Shown: piece by piece, positions 41,422 through 50,978 of the stretch | Layout of the letters: every line of letters begins with the position of its first letter | Numbering within the stretch: position 1 is the stretch's first letter | Source of the DNA: Polyangiales bacterium | GTDB taxonomy: Bacteria; Myxococcota_A; Polyangia; Polyangiales; Polyangiaceae | Reading direction: 5' to 3' | NCBI GenBank assembly: GCA_038231275.1 | Contig: JBBRLQ010000001.1 | Span: 608,001 to 672,000, forward strand | Length of the DNA stretch: 64,000 nucleotides | Notes under the pieces: model-generated | Told to the model about the DNA's origin: nothing | The model's database searches: none | The model's input: only the letters and a program-made list of their open reading frames with translations | Position numbers and translations under genes: made by a program

Positions 41422-42141
41422 ATGCTGCTGAAGAGCCGATTCGCCGCCCTCTCCGTCCTGGGTCTCCTCGCCGCGTGCGGCGGCAACCCGCCCACGCCGG
41501 TCACCGCCGAGAACAGCGTGCCGACCGCGCCGAGCACGCCGACGCCGCCGACCGTGCCGACGGACACCCCCGCCACGTCGGCCACCGCCGCCGCGAAGGA
41601 TCCGCCGACGCCCGCGAAGCCGAAGGACTACGACGATCCCCACGAGACCGAGCACGGCGCGACCATCACGATGGCGCCGCTCCTCAAGAAGGGCCTGAAG
41701 ACCGGCTTCCCGAAGAAGACGATCGGCGACAAGGAGTGCTGGCAGGGCACGTCGCTCCAAGGCGACGCGAAGGCCGACTTCGACACCATCATCAAGAAGT
41801 GCGGCGGCCCGACCGGCCTGCAGGAGTACGCGAAGCCGATGCTCGGCAAGCTCCACCACATTCACGACAAGCGCGACACCTACAAGCTGAAGCTGTCGGG
41901 CGGCATGTGCTACCGCTACTTCGCCGTCGCAGACGCCGGGATCAAGGATCTCGACATCCTCGTGACGAAGCCCGGCGGCGCGCTCGTCGCCGACGACAAG
42001 ACGTCGCACCCGGTCGCCATCATCGAGTTCGACAAGAGCTGGTGCATGGACGACGACGCCGACTACGAGTTTCACATCGAGGTCGACGGCGAGGGCACCG
42101 GCAACTACATGTTCGGCGTCTGGGCCAAGCCGAAGGGCTGA
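41422..42141 (+). CDS. hypothetical lipoprotein with PPC-like beta-sandwich
   Basis: lipobox LAAC, Pro/Thr linker, CYRYFAVAD..IKDLDI motif. Confidence 0.8.
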   Translation: MLLKSRFAALSVLGLLAACGGNPPTPVTAENSVPTAPSTPTPPTVPTDTPATSATAAAKDPPTPAKPKDYDDPHETEHGATITMAPLLKKGLKTGFPKKTIGDKECWQGTSLQGDAKADFDTIIKKCGGPTGLQEYAKPMLGKLHHIHDKRDTYKLKLSGGMCYRYFAVADAGIKDLDILVTKPGGALVADDKTSHPVAIIEFDKSWCMDDDADYEFHIEVDGEGTGNYMFGVWAKPKG

Positions 42142-42154
42142 TCGCTCGCGCGGA

Positions 42155-43630
42155 TCACTCGACCGCTTCGACGACGACGGCGAGCGAGGTCTTCGGGACC
42201 TCGCCGGTGATCGACGCGAAGACGCCGCCCTGTGCCTGCTTCGCGCACGCGCCCGTTGCGTCGACGGTGTAGTAGCTCGGTAGCGTCTGCGGCGTGGCGT
42301 CGAGCTTCACGATGTTCGTTGCCGCCACGTCCGTGGAGCACGCCGGTCCGGCGGTGACGCGCACCGCGTAGACGGGCGCCGCGGTGCAGCCGGGCGACTG
42401 CGGGACGCCGACCACCTCGGCGCTGCAGGCATCATCGGAGAACGATGGGGTCGCGATCGGCACCGCGTCGCGCGGGACGCAGCGCTTCACGCCGTCGGGA
42501 AAGACGTACGCCCTGCACAGGACGCCGAGCGTCGTATCGAAGAAGACGTCGGGACGCGGCGGCGTGAGCTCGGTGCCATCGGCGGCGGCGAGAATTGGCA
42601 CGGCGAGGCGCCCCAACCCCGTCGTCTGGCTCCGCATGGGCGCGAACGTCGTGGCTGCGACCGGCGCGCCGACTTGGTAAAAGACGTGGTCGCGCTGCAG
42701 CTCGCCGAAGAGCGCCGGCTGCTTCCGCACGAGCGTGCACACCGGGGCGGCGCCCGTGAAGACGTCCGTGATGTCGACGGTGTCGGCCGGCGCGAAAAAC
42801 GACGCGTGCACGTCGCAGCCCTTGAACCCGTACGACACGACGACGCCCGCGGACGGGCACGTCGACGTCGGGCGAACCTGGTAGGCGACGGGCGTGGCGC
42901 ACGCGGGGTCGGCGGCGTACGTGGCCCACGCGACCTCGTTGGGGATGCAGCGATCGTCGCCACCCCCGATGGCGCCTGCGATCGAGAAGCAGCGCCCTTT
43001 GGTCGCGACGTCGTAGAGCCCGCGGTGCTGCTGCGCGCCGTCCTCCGCGACGATGACCTCGACGCCGAGGCGATCGCTCTTCGGCGCGCGCGCGAGCGTG
43101 CCTTTGACGAGATCGGCCGGGTCGATCGGATCCAGCGCGTAGGCGGTGGCGTCCTTTTCGAGCTGCGCGGTGCGGAGGCACCCGCCGCTCGCGCCGGCGC
43201 CGACGTATGCGTGGCTATTGGGCACGTCGACGGCGTCGCCGAGACGGAACGCGCGCGTCACGCCGCCGCACGTCTCCTCGGACAAGACCGTGGTGCTCGC
43301 GAACGCCGGGGGCCCGCTGCCGCCGCACGCGGCGCTGACGACCGCGATCGGTTTTTGACAGAGCTCGTCGAGGAACAGGACCTCGGTCCCGCCTGGGATG
43401 CAGCGCAGCGCGCCGTCCTCGGCCGTCGTGAACGTGCAGTCGACGCCGAGCTTCGTGTCGCACCACCCCACGAGTTGCCGGGCGCCGGGCGCGCTCGATC
43501 GAACGCGCGCGCGGAGGCGGGATCCCGACGCGTACCCGATCGGCGGTCCGGGGACCGGGTTGATCGGCCCCTCGGCGGTGCACGACGAGAGCGCGAGGAC
43601 GACGACGACGGCGGCGGACGCCCTTCGCAT
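42155..43630 (-). CDS. Cys-containing hypothetical lipoprotein with three internal repeats
   Basis: lipobox LSSC; repeated RL....DG.....D....C....DG..RC.P units. Confidence 0.75.
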   Translation of the reverse strand: MRRASAAVVVVLALSSCTAEGPINPVPGPPIGYASGSRLRARVRSSAPGARQLVGWCDTKLGVDCTFTTAEDGALRCIPGGTEVLFLDELCQKPIAVVSAACGGSGPPAFASTTVLSEETCGGVTRAFRLGDAVDVPNSHAYVGAGASGGCLRTAQLEKDATAYALDPIDPADLVKGTLARAPKSDRLGVEVIVAEDGAQQHRGLYDVATKGRCFSIAGAIGGGDDRCIPNEVAWATYAADPACATPVAYQVRPTSTCPSAGVVVSYGFKGCDVHASFFAPADTVDITDVFTGAAPVCTLVRKQPALFGELQRDHVFYQVGAPVAATTFAPMRSQTTGLGRLAVPILAAADGTELTPPRPDVFFDTTLGVLCRAYVFPDGVKRCVPRDAVPIATPSFSDDACSAEVVGVPQSPGCTAAPVYAVRVTAGPACSTDVAATNIVKLDATPQTLPSYYTVDATGACAKQAQGGVFASITGEVPKTSLAVVVEAVE

Positions 43631-43710
43631 GGGCACGAGCCTACCATGCGCTCCCGGCGGGTGGCTCGGGCTTGACTCAGACCTGAGTTACGGTCATTCC
43701 ATTGGCCGCC

Positions 43711-44964
43711 ATGCGCGCCTTCGTCGTCACCGTGCTCCTCGCCGCCGTCGCGGCCGCGTGCTCGTCGTCGTCCTCCGGCGCAACGGCGTCGTCGGGGGCT
43801 TCCGGGCAGCTGCCGCCCGGCGCTCCTCCCGGCGCGGACGGCGGCGGAGCGAACGGCGGCGACGCGGCGCTCGGGGCCGACGGCGCGCCCGCGCCCGATG
43901 GCGGCACGAACCGCGACGCGGGAGCCGGCGATGCGGGCCCCACCGTCACGACGATCCGCGTCCACTACCCGGCCGGCGCGCACGCGATCGCTCTGCGCGG
44001 CTCGGGCGGATCGCTCACGTGGGACAAGGGCGTCGCCGCGACATCGGGCGCCGACGACACATGGGTCCTCGCGCTCCCGTCCCTCTCGACGCCGATCGAG
44101 CTCAAGCCCCTCCTCGACGACGCGACCTGGTCGCGCGGCCCTAACTACAAGCTCTCCCCCGGCCAGGTGCTCGACCTCTACCCGCACTTCACGGTGCAGC
44201 AGGGCACCTACTCGGTGCACTGGACGAACTTCACGTCGACGGTGCTCCCGAGCACGCGCGGCATCTGGCTCTACGTGCCGCCGACGTACATCGAGAACAC
44301 GCGCGCGCGCATGCCGGTCGTCTACATGCACGACGGCCAGAACCTCTTCGATCCGAGCACGGCGTTCGGCGGCAACGAGTGGAAGGTCGACGAGACGATG
44401 GACGCCGCCGCCGAGGACGGCACGATCCGCGAGGCGATCGTCATCGGCGTGGAGAACACCGCCGATCGCATGAACGAGTACACGATGCCGCCGTCGCCGG
44501 GGAAAGGCGACCAGTACATCAAGATGATCGCCGACGAGATCAAGCCGATGGTCGACGCCGAGCTCCGCACGCTCGCGACGCGCGACGCGACTGCGCTCAT
44601 GGGCTCGTCGCTCGGCGGCCTCATCTCATCGTACGGCGGCGTCTACCGCTCCGACGTCTTCGGCCTGGTCGGCGCAATGAGCCCGTCGACATGGTGGAAT
44701 AGCCGCCAAATCCTCGGCGACGTCGCCGCCATCCCGCAGCAGCCCCAGCGCGCCCTCAAGGTGTACGTGGACAGCGGCGACTCGGGCCCCAGCAACGACG
44801 ACGTCACCAACACCGCCGATCTCGCGAAGGCCTACACGACCGACGGCTACGTCGAGGGCACGACGCTCCACTACGTGGTCCAGCCCGGCGGCCAGCACAA
44901 CGAGACGTACTGGGCGCAGCGCCTCCCCGGCGGGCTCGCGTTCTTGCTCGGCCCCGGTCGCTAG
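43711..44964 (+). CDS. alpha/beta-hydrolase (esterase) lipoprotein with N-terminal CBM-like domain
   Basis: YMHDGQNLF, GSSLGG, HNETYW; lipobox AAAC. Confidence 0.88.
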   Translation: MRAFVVTVLLAAVAAACSSSSSGATASSGASGQLPPGAPPGADGGGANGGDAALGADGAPAPDGGTNRDAGAGDAGPTVTTIRVHYPAGAHAIALRGSGGSLTWDKGVAATSGADDTWVLALPSLSTPIELKPLLDDATWSRGPNYKLSPGQVLDLYPHFTVQQGTYSVHWTNFTSTVLPSTRGIWLYVPPTYIENTRARMPVVYMHDGQNLFDPSTAFGGNEWKVDETMDAAAEDGTIREAIVIGVENTADRMNEYTMPPSPGKGDQYIKMIADEIKPMVDAELRTLATRDATALMGSSLGGLISSYGGVYRSDVFGLVGAMSPSTWWNSRQILGDVAAIPQQPQRALKVYVDSGDSGPSNDDVTNTADLAKAYTTDGYVEGTTLHYVVQPGGQHNETYWAQRLPGGLAFLLGPGR

Positions 44965-44965
44965 C

Positions 44966-46633
44966 TCACGGCGTCGCGAAGCACTGCGGGACCTGCGCGC
45001 CGCCGTCGCCCGGCGGGGCGAGGATGGCCTGGTCCTTCGGGTTCGGCCCGGTCTTGTGACAGTACTGGCTGGTCTGGCACTGGGAGCCGATCGAGATCTG
45101 CTGGTTGTCGTCGCAGAGGTACGACGAATAGGCCTGGAGCGTGCTGCAATACCAGCCGGCCTTCTTGAACTGACAGGTGTCGGGATCCGCGCACGTCTTG
45201 GTGGTGCAGTACTCGTCGACCTCGCGCTTGCAGAGCGCGTCCCACCCGCCGTTCGTCTTGTCGCAGCAGAACTGATCGTGCGCGCACACGTCGGCGGTGC
45301 ACTGCTCGCACTGGGTGCCGAGCGGGCCGCCGGGCGTGCACACGTCGTGATCGCACGGCGCGCCGCCGGCGGGAGGAGGCTCGCCGCCGCACGAGCGCAG
45401 GATGTTCGAGCACGGCGCGCACACGCCGTAGCCGTCGACCACCGGCTCGCAATACATGTGCATCTTGTGGTCGTTGGGCCCGAAGATCTTGTCGAGCAAG
45501 ATCGCGGCCGCGATGCTGCCGAGCGGGCCGAACGCGTCGCCGGCGATCTTGGTGATGTCGATGTCCGTGCAGTCCGCATCTTGTTTGCACGGAACGCAGA
45601 TGCCGCAGCTTGCCTTGATGATCGGGATGTTGACGTTCGCGCAGGCGTGCATCGGGTAGAGGAGGCTCGCGTCGTGGATGATGCTGAGCCCGGTGATGTC
45701 GCGGAGCAGCTTGCCGACGTTGATGTTGGCGTTGACGCTCGAGCAGTCCTGGTCGGTCGAGCACGTGTTGGTGACGCTGCTGAACGGCTCCGGCAGCGTG
45801 ACGACGCCCTTGCCGAGGTCGCTGCAGCCGGGCGCGTTGATGGCGCACTGCCCCTTGCCGCCGTTGACCGGGAGGTTGCAGTGCGTCGCGCCGCCTTTGC
45901 AGCCGGCGCAGTCGGTGTCGCTGTTGCAGACCTCGGGCTCGCCGGCCAGGCCGCAGAGCGGGAGGCAGACGCCGTGCTTTGTGTCGCACGTCCCGCCGTT
46001 CGGGCACTTCGACGTCGGCGAGCACTGCGCGCAGCGGTGGTTATTGCACGCGTGCGCTTCTTTGCCGGTCGCGCCGCACTGGCCGCAGTCGCCGTCGACG
46101 GTGCACTGGCCCGGGCACTTGGGGACGCACGTGTCCGCGACGCAGACGTCGGTCGACTGGCAGTTGGTCACGTTCGTCGTCAAGCAGCCGACGCACTTGT
46201 GGGCCCCCGCGTCGCAGACCTTGTGGTGCGGATCGCACGCGGCGCAGTCGGTGTCGGCGTTGCAGCTGATCGTGGGTGTGCCCTTCGCGTCGGCCGCGCA
46301 GGCGACGCCGTTCGGCACGCAGTCGCCGTACTTGGTGCAGTACTGCCCCTGCTTGCACGTGCCGGTCGAGCCCGGCTGACACGCGATGCAGCGGTGCTCG
46401 GCCTGGAGGCACGTCGTACGGCCGCCGGTGCAGTTGCCGCAGTCGCGATCGATGTCGCAGTTGTTGAGGAGACAGATGGTGTCGCCCCCGCCGCCCGCGC
46501 CGTCCTTCCCGCCATCGGCGCCCGTCGTCGGGTCAAAGCCCGGAGAGTCGCCGCTGCTGGAGCACGCGGAGACCGAGGAGATGAGGATGGCGGCGAAGAG
46601 AACAACCGTGAGGGCACACTTTTGAAGCGTCAC
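44966..46633 (-). CDS. large Cys-rich repeat lipoprotein
   Basis: GTG start, lipobox VSAC, many CxxDxDC / CxxC repeats. Confidence 0.8.
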   Translation of the reverse strand: MTLQKCALTVVLFAAILISSVSACSSSGDSPGFDPTTGADGGKDGAGGGGDTICLLNNCDIDRDCGNCTGGRTTCLQAEHRCIACQPGSTGTCKQGQYCTKYGDCVPNGVACAADAKGTPTISCNADTDCAACDPHHKVCDAGAHKCVGCLTTNVTNCQSTDVCVADTCVPKCPGQCTVDGDCGQCGATGKEAHACNNHRCAQCSPTSKCPNGGTCDTKHGVCLPLCGLAGEPEVCNSDTDCAGCKGGATHCNLPVNGGKGQCAINAPGCSDLGKGVVTLPEPFSSVTNTCSTDQDCSSVNANINVGKLLRDITGLSIIHDASLLYPMHACANVNIPIIKASCGICVPCKQDADCTDIDITKIAGDAFGPLGSIAAAILLDKIFGPNDHKMHMYCEPVVDGYGVCAPCSNILRSCGGEPPPAGGAPCDHDVCTPGGPLGTQCEQCTADVCAHDQFCCDKTNGGWDALCKREVDEYCTTKTCADPDTCQFKKAGWYCSTLQAYSSYLCDDNQQISIGSQCQTSQYCHKTGPNPKDQAILAPPGDGGAQVPQCFATP

Positions 46634-46791
46634 CCGATGAGAGTGGCAAGAAACCGAGGGGTCGGCCAGTCTCCGGAGCGATTCATTGAAGAGACAGGTG
46701 GGGGCTCGAAGATCCACACGCGCGCTCGAATCGAGACCAACGAGAGACCGCTCGCGTGTGCCGCTCGCGTCGTATCGTAGGGAATCTGTTC

Positions 46792-46817
46792 TGTTTCGTA
46801 CGGCAATGTTTCGTACG
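46792..46817. promoter_or_regulatory. 11-bp direct repeat in the divergent promoter region
   Basis: TGTTTCGTACG at 46792-46802 and 46807-46817. Confidence 0.5.
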
Positions 46818-46877
46818 AGAAAGAATTGGGGCACGCCCGAACAACCGGGGTAGAGTGCCGGCCCTCGGGAGGTTTCC

Positions 46878-47837
46878 ATGGTCATCCGGAACGTCGCGCT
46901 CGTCTCTCTCTTCGCGGTGGCCATGTCGTGCAGCAGCAAGAGCACCGCGCCGGCGCCGTCGGATGGGATCGAGCGCCTGCCCGAGCTGAAGCTGCCGGCT
47001 CCGTCGGCCAACGGGTTCCAGGTCGTGATGCCGATCGTCCGCGGGATTCCCGCGAGCAGCAGCACCGAGATCTGCACGTGGTCGGACAAGATCCTCGACA
47101 CGCCGCTCGACGTGAAGTCAGCGACCGGATTCCAGACCAAGACCGGTCACCACATCATCGTCTACTACACGACCAAGGTCATGCCGGCTGGCACGACCCG
47201 CGCGTGCAAGGACGAGGACATGGCGAGCTTCCGCTACGTCATCGGCACCGGCGGCGAAGGCGCGGCGGCGCTGCTGCCGGCCGATCTCGCTGCCCCCATC
47301 CCGGCGGGCGCGCAGATCGTCTTGAACCACCACTACCTGAACCCCGGGACCACCGCCGTCGACGCGCAGTCCGCCGTCAACGTCGAGATGGTGACGCCCG
47401 GCGCGAAGGTCACGCGGTCCGGCAACGTCGCGTTCCTCGACACGTCGCTGCGCGCGAAGCCCGGGGCGAGCGCAATGGACATCAAGTGCAAGATGGCGAA
47501 AGACCTGCGGCTGTGGGTCATGAGGCCGCACATGCACGAGTGGGGGACCCGCATCACCGTCGACCACGCGAAGGCGAGCGACAGCGCCTCGACGCGCCTC
47601 TTCGATGTCCAGTGGGATCCGGACTTCACCTTCCATCCGCCGGCGGTGGAGCGCGATCCGAACGAGCCCTACCTCCTCAAGGCGGGGGACACCCTGAGCG
47701 TCCACTGCGACTTCAACAACACGACCTCGAACGATCTGACCTTCGGCTTGGAGATGTGCGTCCTGTTCGGTCAGACGGTGGACGTCGACGGGCAGGGAAA
47801 CATCGACTGCGACGGCGGCAGCTGGGGAGCATTCTAG
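46878..47837 (+). CDS. copper type II (PHM/DBH-like) monooxygenase lipoprotein 1
   Basis: CuH ligands GHHI...HHYLN; CuM ligands PHMH...EMC; lipobox AMSC; SD GGAGG. Confidence 0.85.
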   Translation: MVIRNVALVSLFAVAMSCSSKSTAPAPSDGIERLPELKLPAPSANGFQVVMPIVRGIPASSSTEICTWSDKILDTPLDVKSATGFQTKTGHHIIVYYTTKVMPAGTTRACKDEDMASFRYVIGTGGEGAAALLPADLAAPIPAGAQIVLNHHYLNPGTTAVDAQSAVNVEMVTPGAKVTRSGNVAFLDTSLRAKPGASAMDIKCKMAKDLRLWVMRPHMHEWGTRITVDHAKASDSASTRLFDVQWDPDFTFHPPAVERDPNEPYLLKAGDTLSVHCDFNNTTSNDLTFGLEMCVLFGQTVDVDGQGNIDCDGGSWGAF

Positions 47838-47839
47838 AA

Positions 47840-48268
47840 ATGATGAAGACTCGGATCTCGGGAGCGCTGGCGCTCGTCACTCTTCTCGCGACAGCCGCCG
47901 CATGCTCGTCGTCGTCGAGCGGCACCACGACCTCCGGCGGCGACGCGGGCAAGGTCAAGGACACCGGGGTCGACGCCGTGTCGCTCTCCGAGTGCGGTCA
48001 CCCGGGCGACAAGGGAAACGAGCTCGGCGTCGGCAAGTTCTGCCAGACCGTCGCCGACTGCTCGTCCAACAGCAAGGCGACGCTCTGCACCACGATCGCC
48101 GACAACGTGAACTTCTTCTGCACGGCCTCGTGCTCCGCCGGCGGGGCGGCCGACCAGTGCGGGACGGCCGCGTCGTGCGCATGCCAGGGCGGGCAGTGCG
48201 GGTGCCATCCGGACGCGTGCGGCGGCGCGATCGACTCCGGTGCGTCGCAGGACTCCGGCGGGGATTGA
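47840..48268 (+). CDS. small lipoprotein with 12 Cys
   Basis: lipobox AAAC; starts 2 nt after the monooxygenase 1 stop; GNELGVGKFC...CACQGGQCGCHPDAC. Confidence 0.8.
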   Translation: MMKTRISGALALVTLLATAAACSSSSSGTTTSGGDAGKVKDTGVDAVSLSECGHPGDKGNELGVGKFCQTVADCSSNSKATLCTTIADNVNFFCTASCSAGGAADQCGTAASCACQGGQCGCHPDACGGAIDSGASQDSGGD

Positions 48269-48320
48269 GTCCCAACCGAGGCTCTCGGGGGCTCGTGGCT
48301 TCGGACGAAAGGCTCACACG

Positions 48321-49199
48321 ATGAAAGCGCTCTTGGCCCTCGCAGTCTCGCTGTTCGCGGGCTCAATGGTCTCGTGCTCGTCGAAGTCGCAGGGGACGAC
48401 CGCGGATACGGCGGCGAACACCCTCGTCATCGCCTCCGACGCGTACACGCTCCAGCCCGGCGAGGAGAAGTACTTCTGCTACGCGACGACGCTCCAGGAG
48501 GACACCGTCTTCAACGGCTTCGCGCCCACGTACGGGAAGGCCACGCATCACATCCTGCTCGCGGAGGCCATCGCCGGCGAGAAGGAGGGCTTCTCGGAGT
48601 GCAACGTGCTGTTCAAGAACACGTGGATTCCGCTCTTCGTCGGCGGCAAAGGCACCACGCCCGTCGCCTTGCCGCAGGGCAGCGGCATGAAGGTGCCGCG
48701 AGGGACGCAGATCCTCCTGCAGCTTCATCTCCAAAATCCCGGCGCGACCGCCGTGACCGACACGACGAGCGTCGCGATGCAGAAGATCGCCGCCAACGAG
48801 TCGTTCACGCCTGCCGGCATCTTCGGGATGGATAACCGCGCGATCGCGGTCGCCCCGAACCAGATGGGCTACTCGACCGAGATGAGCTGCGCCCCCGAGA
48901 GCAAGACGCTCAACGTCTTCTCGACGTTCGCGCACATGCACAAGCATGGGCAGCACATCACCGTGACCCGCAACGACTCCGACGTCGTCTACGACTCGAA
49001 CTGGAACTTCGACTACCAGTCGACCATCGCGAAGACGCTGACGGTCTCGCCGAAGGACAACATCAAGCTGAAGTGCACCTTCGACAACGTCTCGTCGAAG
49101 GCGATTGGGTACGGCGAGAGCTCGGACGACGAGATGTGCGCGTTCGTCTTCTATTACACACCGTTCGACAAGCTCGACGGGTGCATTCGCGACAAGTGA
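48321..49199 (+). CDS. copper type II (PHM/DBH-like) monooxygenase lipoprotein 2
   Basis: EEKYFC, THHIL...LHLQN, AHMHKHG, WNFDYQ, DEMC; lipobox MVSC. Confidence 0.85.
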   Translation: MKALLALAVSLFAGSMVSCSSKSQGTTADTAANTLVIASDAYTLQPGEEKYFCYATTLQEDTVFNGFAPTYGKATHHILLAEAIAGEKEGFSECNVLFKNTWIPLFVGGKGTTPVALPQGSGMKVPRGTQILLQLHLQNPGATAVTDTTSVAMQKIAANESFTPAGIFGMDNRAIAVAPNQMGYSTEMSCAPESKTLNVFSTFAHMHKHGQHITVTRNDSDVVYDSNWNFDYQSTIAKTLTVSPKDNIKLKCTFDNVSSKAIGYGESSDDEMCAFVFYYTPFDKLDGCIRDK

Positions 49200-49266
49200 T
49201 CGCGGCGCCGGATCGTTTGCCGTCTCCGGCTGGTCAAATGCCGGCGGCGGCGCTAGATCCGGCGTG

Positions 49267-50262
49267 ATGCCGCTCTCCCGCTTCGCCCGCTTCACCTGGG
49301 GCGTGCTCGTTTACAACCTCGGCGTGATCGCCTGGGGCGCGTACGTGCGCGCGAGCGGGTCGGGCGCCGGGTGCGGGAGCCATTGGCCGCTGTGCGATGG
49401 GCAGGTCCTCCCGCGTGCAAAGAGCACGCAGCTAATCGTCGAGCTGTCGCACCGCCTCTCCAGCGGCGTCGCGCTCCTCCTCACCGTCGCGCTCGTCGTC
49501 GCGGCGTTTCGTTCGTATCCGAGGGGGAGCCTCGTGCGGCGCGGGGCGGTGGCGACGATGGGCTTCATGCTCGCCGAGGCGCTCGTCGGCGCGGGGCTCG
49601 TGCTGTTCGAGCTCGTCGCGCACGACGCGTCGATGAAGCGCGCGCTGTCGATGTCGATCCACCTCACCAATACGTTCATGCTCCTCGCGGCGATGACGCT
49701 GACGGCGCTCTGGGCGTCGGGTGCGCCGCGCGTACGCGTCAAAGGCCAAGGCCTCGTCGCGTGGCTGATCGGCGGCGCGATGGCGTCGATGTTCGTCCTC
49801 GGCACGAGCGGCGCCATCGCCGCGCTGGGGGACACGCTCTTTCCGTCGCGCTCCTTCGCGGAGGGTCTCGCGGCTGACATGTCGAGCGCCGGCCACGTGT
49901 TCTTGCGGCTTCGCGTGTGGCACCCGTTCATCGCGACGCTCGCGGCGATGCTCGTTCTGGGCGCCGCATACGCCGCGCGCGCGCTCAGGCCCGGCCCGCG
50001 CGTGCGATGGGCGTCGCGTGCGGTGATGATCGCGTTCGGCGCGCAGTACGCGCTGGGCCTCGCGAACGTGATGCTCCTTGCGCCGATCCCGATGCAGCTC
50101 GCGCACCTCGTGATGGCGGATCTCGTCTGGATCTCGCTCGTCGTGCTGGCGGCGACGGCGCTCGCTGAAGCGCCCGATCAGCCGCCCATCATGTCGAGGA
50201 ACGGGCCCGGGCCGAGCAGCGACGTGCCGCCGTCGACGAGCAGCGTCGCGCCCGTCACGTAA
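49267..50262 (+). CDS. ctaA: heme A synthase (COX15/CtaA, Cys-pair type)
   Basis: GAYVRASGSGAGCGSHWPLC, ELSHR, TM histidines; 3' end overlaps the convergent SDR by 85 nt. Confidence 0.85.
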   Translation: MPLSRFARFTWGVLVYNLGVIAWGAYVRASGSGAGCGSHWPLCDGQVLPRAKSTQLIVELSHRLSSGVALLLTVALVVAAFRSYPRGSLVRRGAVATMGFMLAEALVGAGLVLFELVAHDASMKRALSMSIHLTNTFMLLAAMTLTALWASGAPRVRVKGQGLVAWLIGGAMASMFVLGTSGAIAALGDTLFPSRSFAEGLAADMSSAGHVFLRLRVWHPFIATLAAMLVLGAAYAARALRPGPRVRWASRAVMIAFGAQYALGLANVMLLAPIPMQLAHLVMADLVWISLVVLAATALAEAPDQPPIMSRNGPGPSSDVPPSTSSVAPVT

Positions 50263-50978
50263 GCGCCCGCCGGCGAGACGAGGAACGTCACCGCTTCGCA
50301 GATCTCTTCGACCGTCCCCCAGCGGCGCAGCGGGACGAGCTTCTTCAGCGTGTCTTCGGCGGCGCCGGGCGGCGCGAGCCGGCTCATTCCTTCTGTTCCT
50401 TCGATGGGCCCCGGCGCCACGGCGTTCACGCGGATGCCCATGCGCGCCCACTCGAGCGCGAGATCGCGGGTGAGCTTCTCGATGCCGGCCTTCGCCGCGC
50501 CGGCGTGGCATTGGAGCGGCGTCGGCACGTCGGCCTGCGTCGCGGTGATGTTGACGATCGATCCGCCTTGCTTGGCGAGGTGCTGGAACGCCGCGCGTGA
50601 TGCGTTGAACGTGCCGCAAAGATCGATGTCGATCACCGTGCGAAACCCGTTCGCCGAGAGCGACGCCGCGGGCGCGAGAAAATTCCCCGCCGCGCTGTTG
50701 ACGAGGATGTCGAGCCGGCCGAACGCGTCCGCGGCGTCGTTCACTGCTTTTTCGAGAGCCGCGTAGTCGCGCACGTCCGCGGGGAACGCGCGCGCCACTC
50801 CGCCGTCGCCCGTGATTTCCTTGGCGATCGCGTCGAGCTTTTCGATTTTGCGACCGAGGAGCGCCACCTTCGCGCCCTGCTTCGCGAGGCGCTTGGCGAT
50901 GCCGGCGCCGATGCCGCTGCCTCCTCCGGTGATGAACGCCGCCTTGCCCGCGAGGAGATTCGAAACGAACACGCTCAT
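50178..50978 (-). CDS. SDR, 2,4-dienoyl-CoA reductase-like
   Basis: TGGGSGIG, NSAAGNFLAP, HAGAAKAG, PGPI. Confidence 0.88.
   Translation of the reverse strand: MSVFVSNLLAGKAAFITGGGSGIGAGIAKRLAKQGAKVALLGRKIEKLDAIAKEITGDGGVARAFPADVRDYAALEKAVNDAADAFGRLDILVNSAAGNFLAPAASLSANGFRTVIDIDLCGTFNASRAAFQHLAKQGGSIVNITATQADVPTPLQCHAGAAKAGIEKLTRDLALEWARMGIRVNAVAPGPIEGTEGMSRLAPPGAAEDTLKKLVPLRRWGTVEEICEAVTFLVSPAGAYVTGATLLVDGGTSLLGPGPFLDMMGG

Noticed and set aside
44966-46633. Multiheme cytochrome
   Set aside because: Many CxxC pairs but no CxxCH motifs
46634-47140. N-terminal extension of the Cys-rich ORF to 724 aa
   Set aside because: It overlaps the monooxygenase on the opposite strand; the signal peptide starts at GTG 46633
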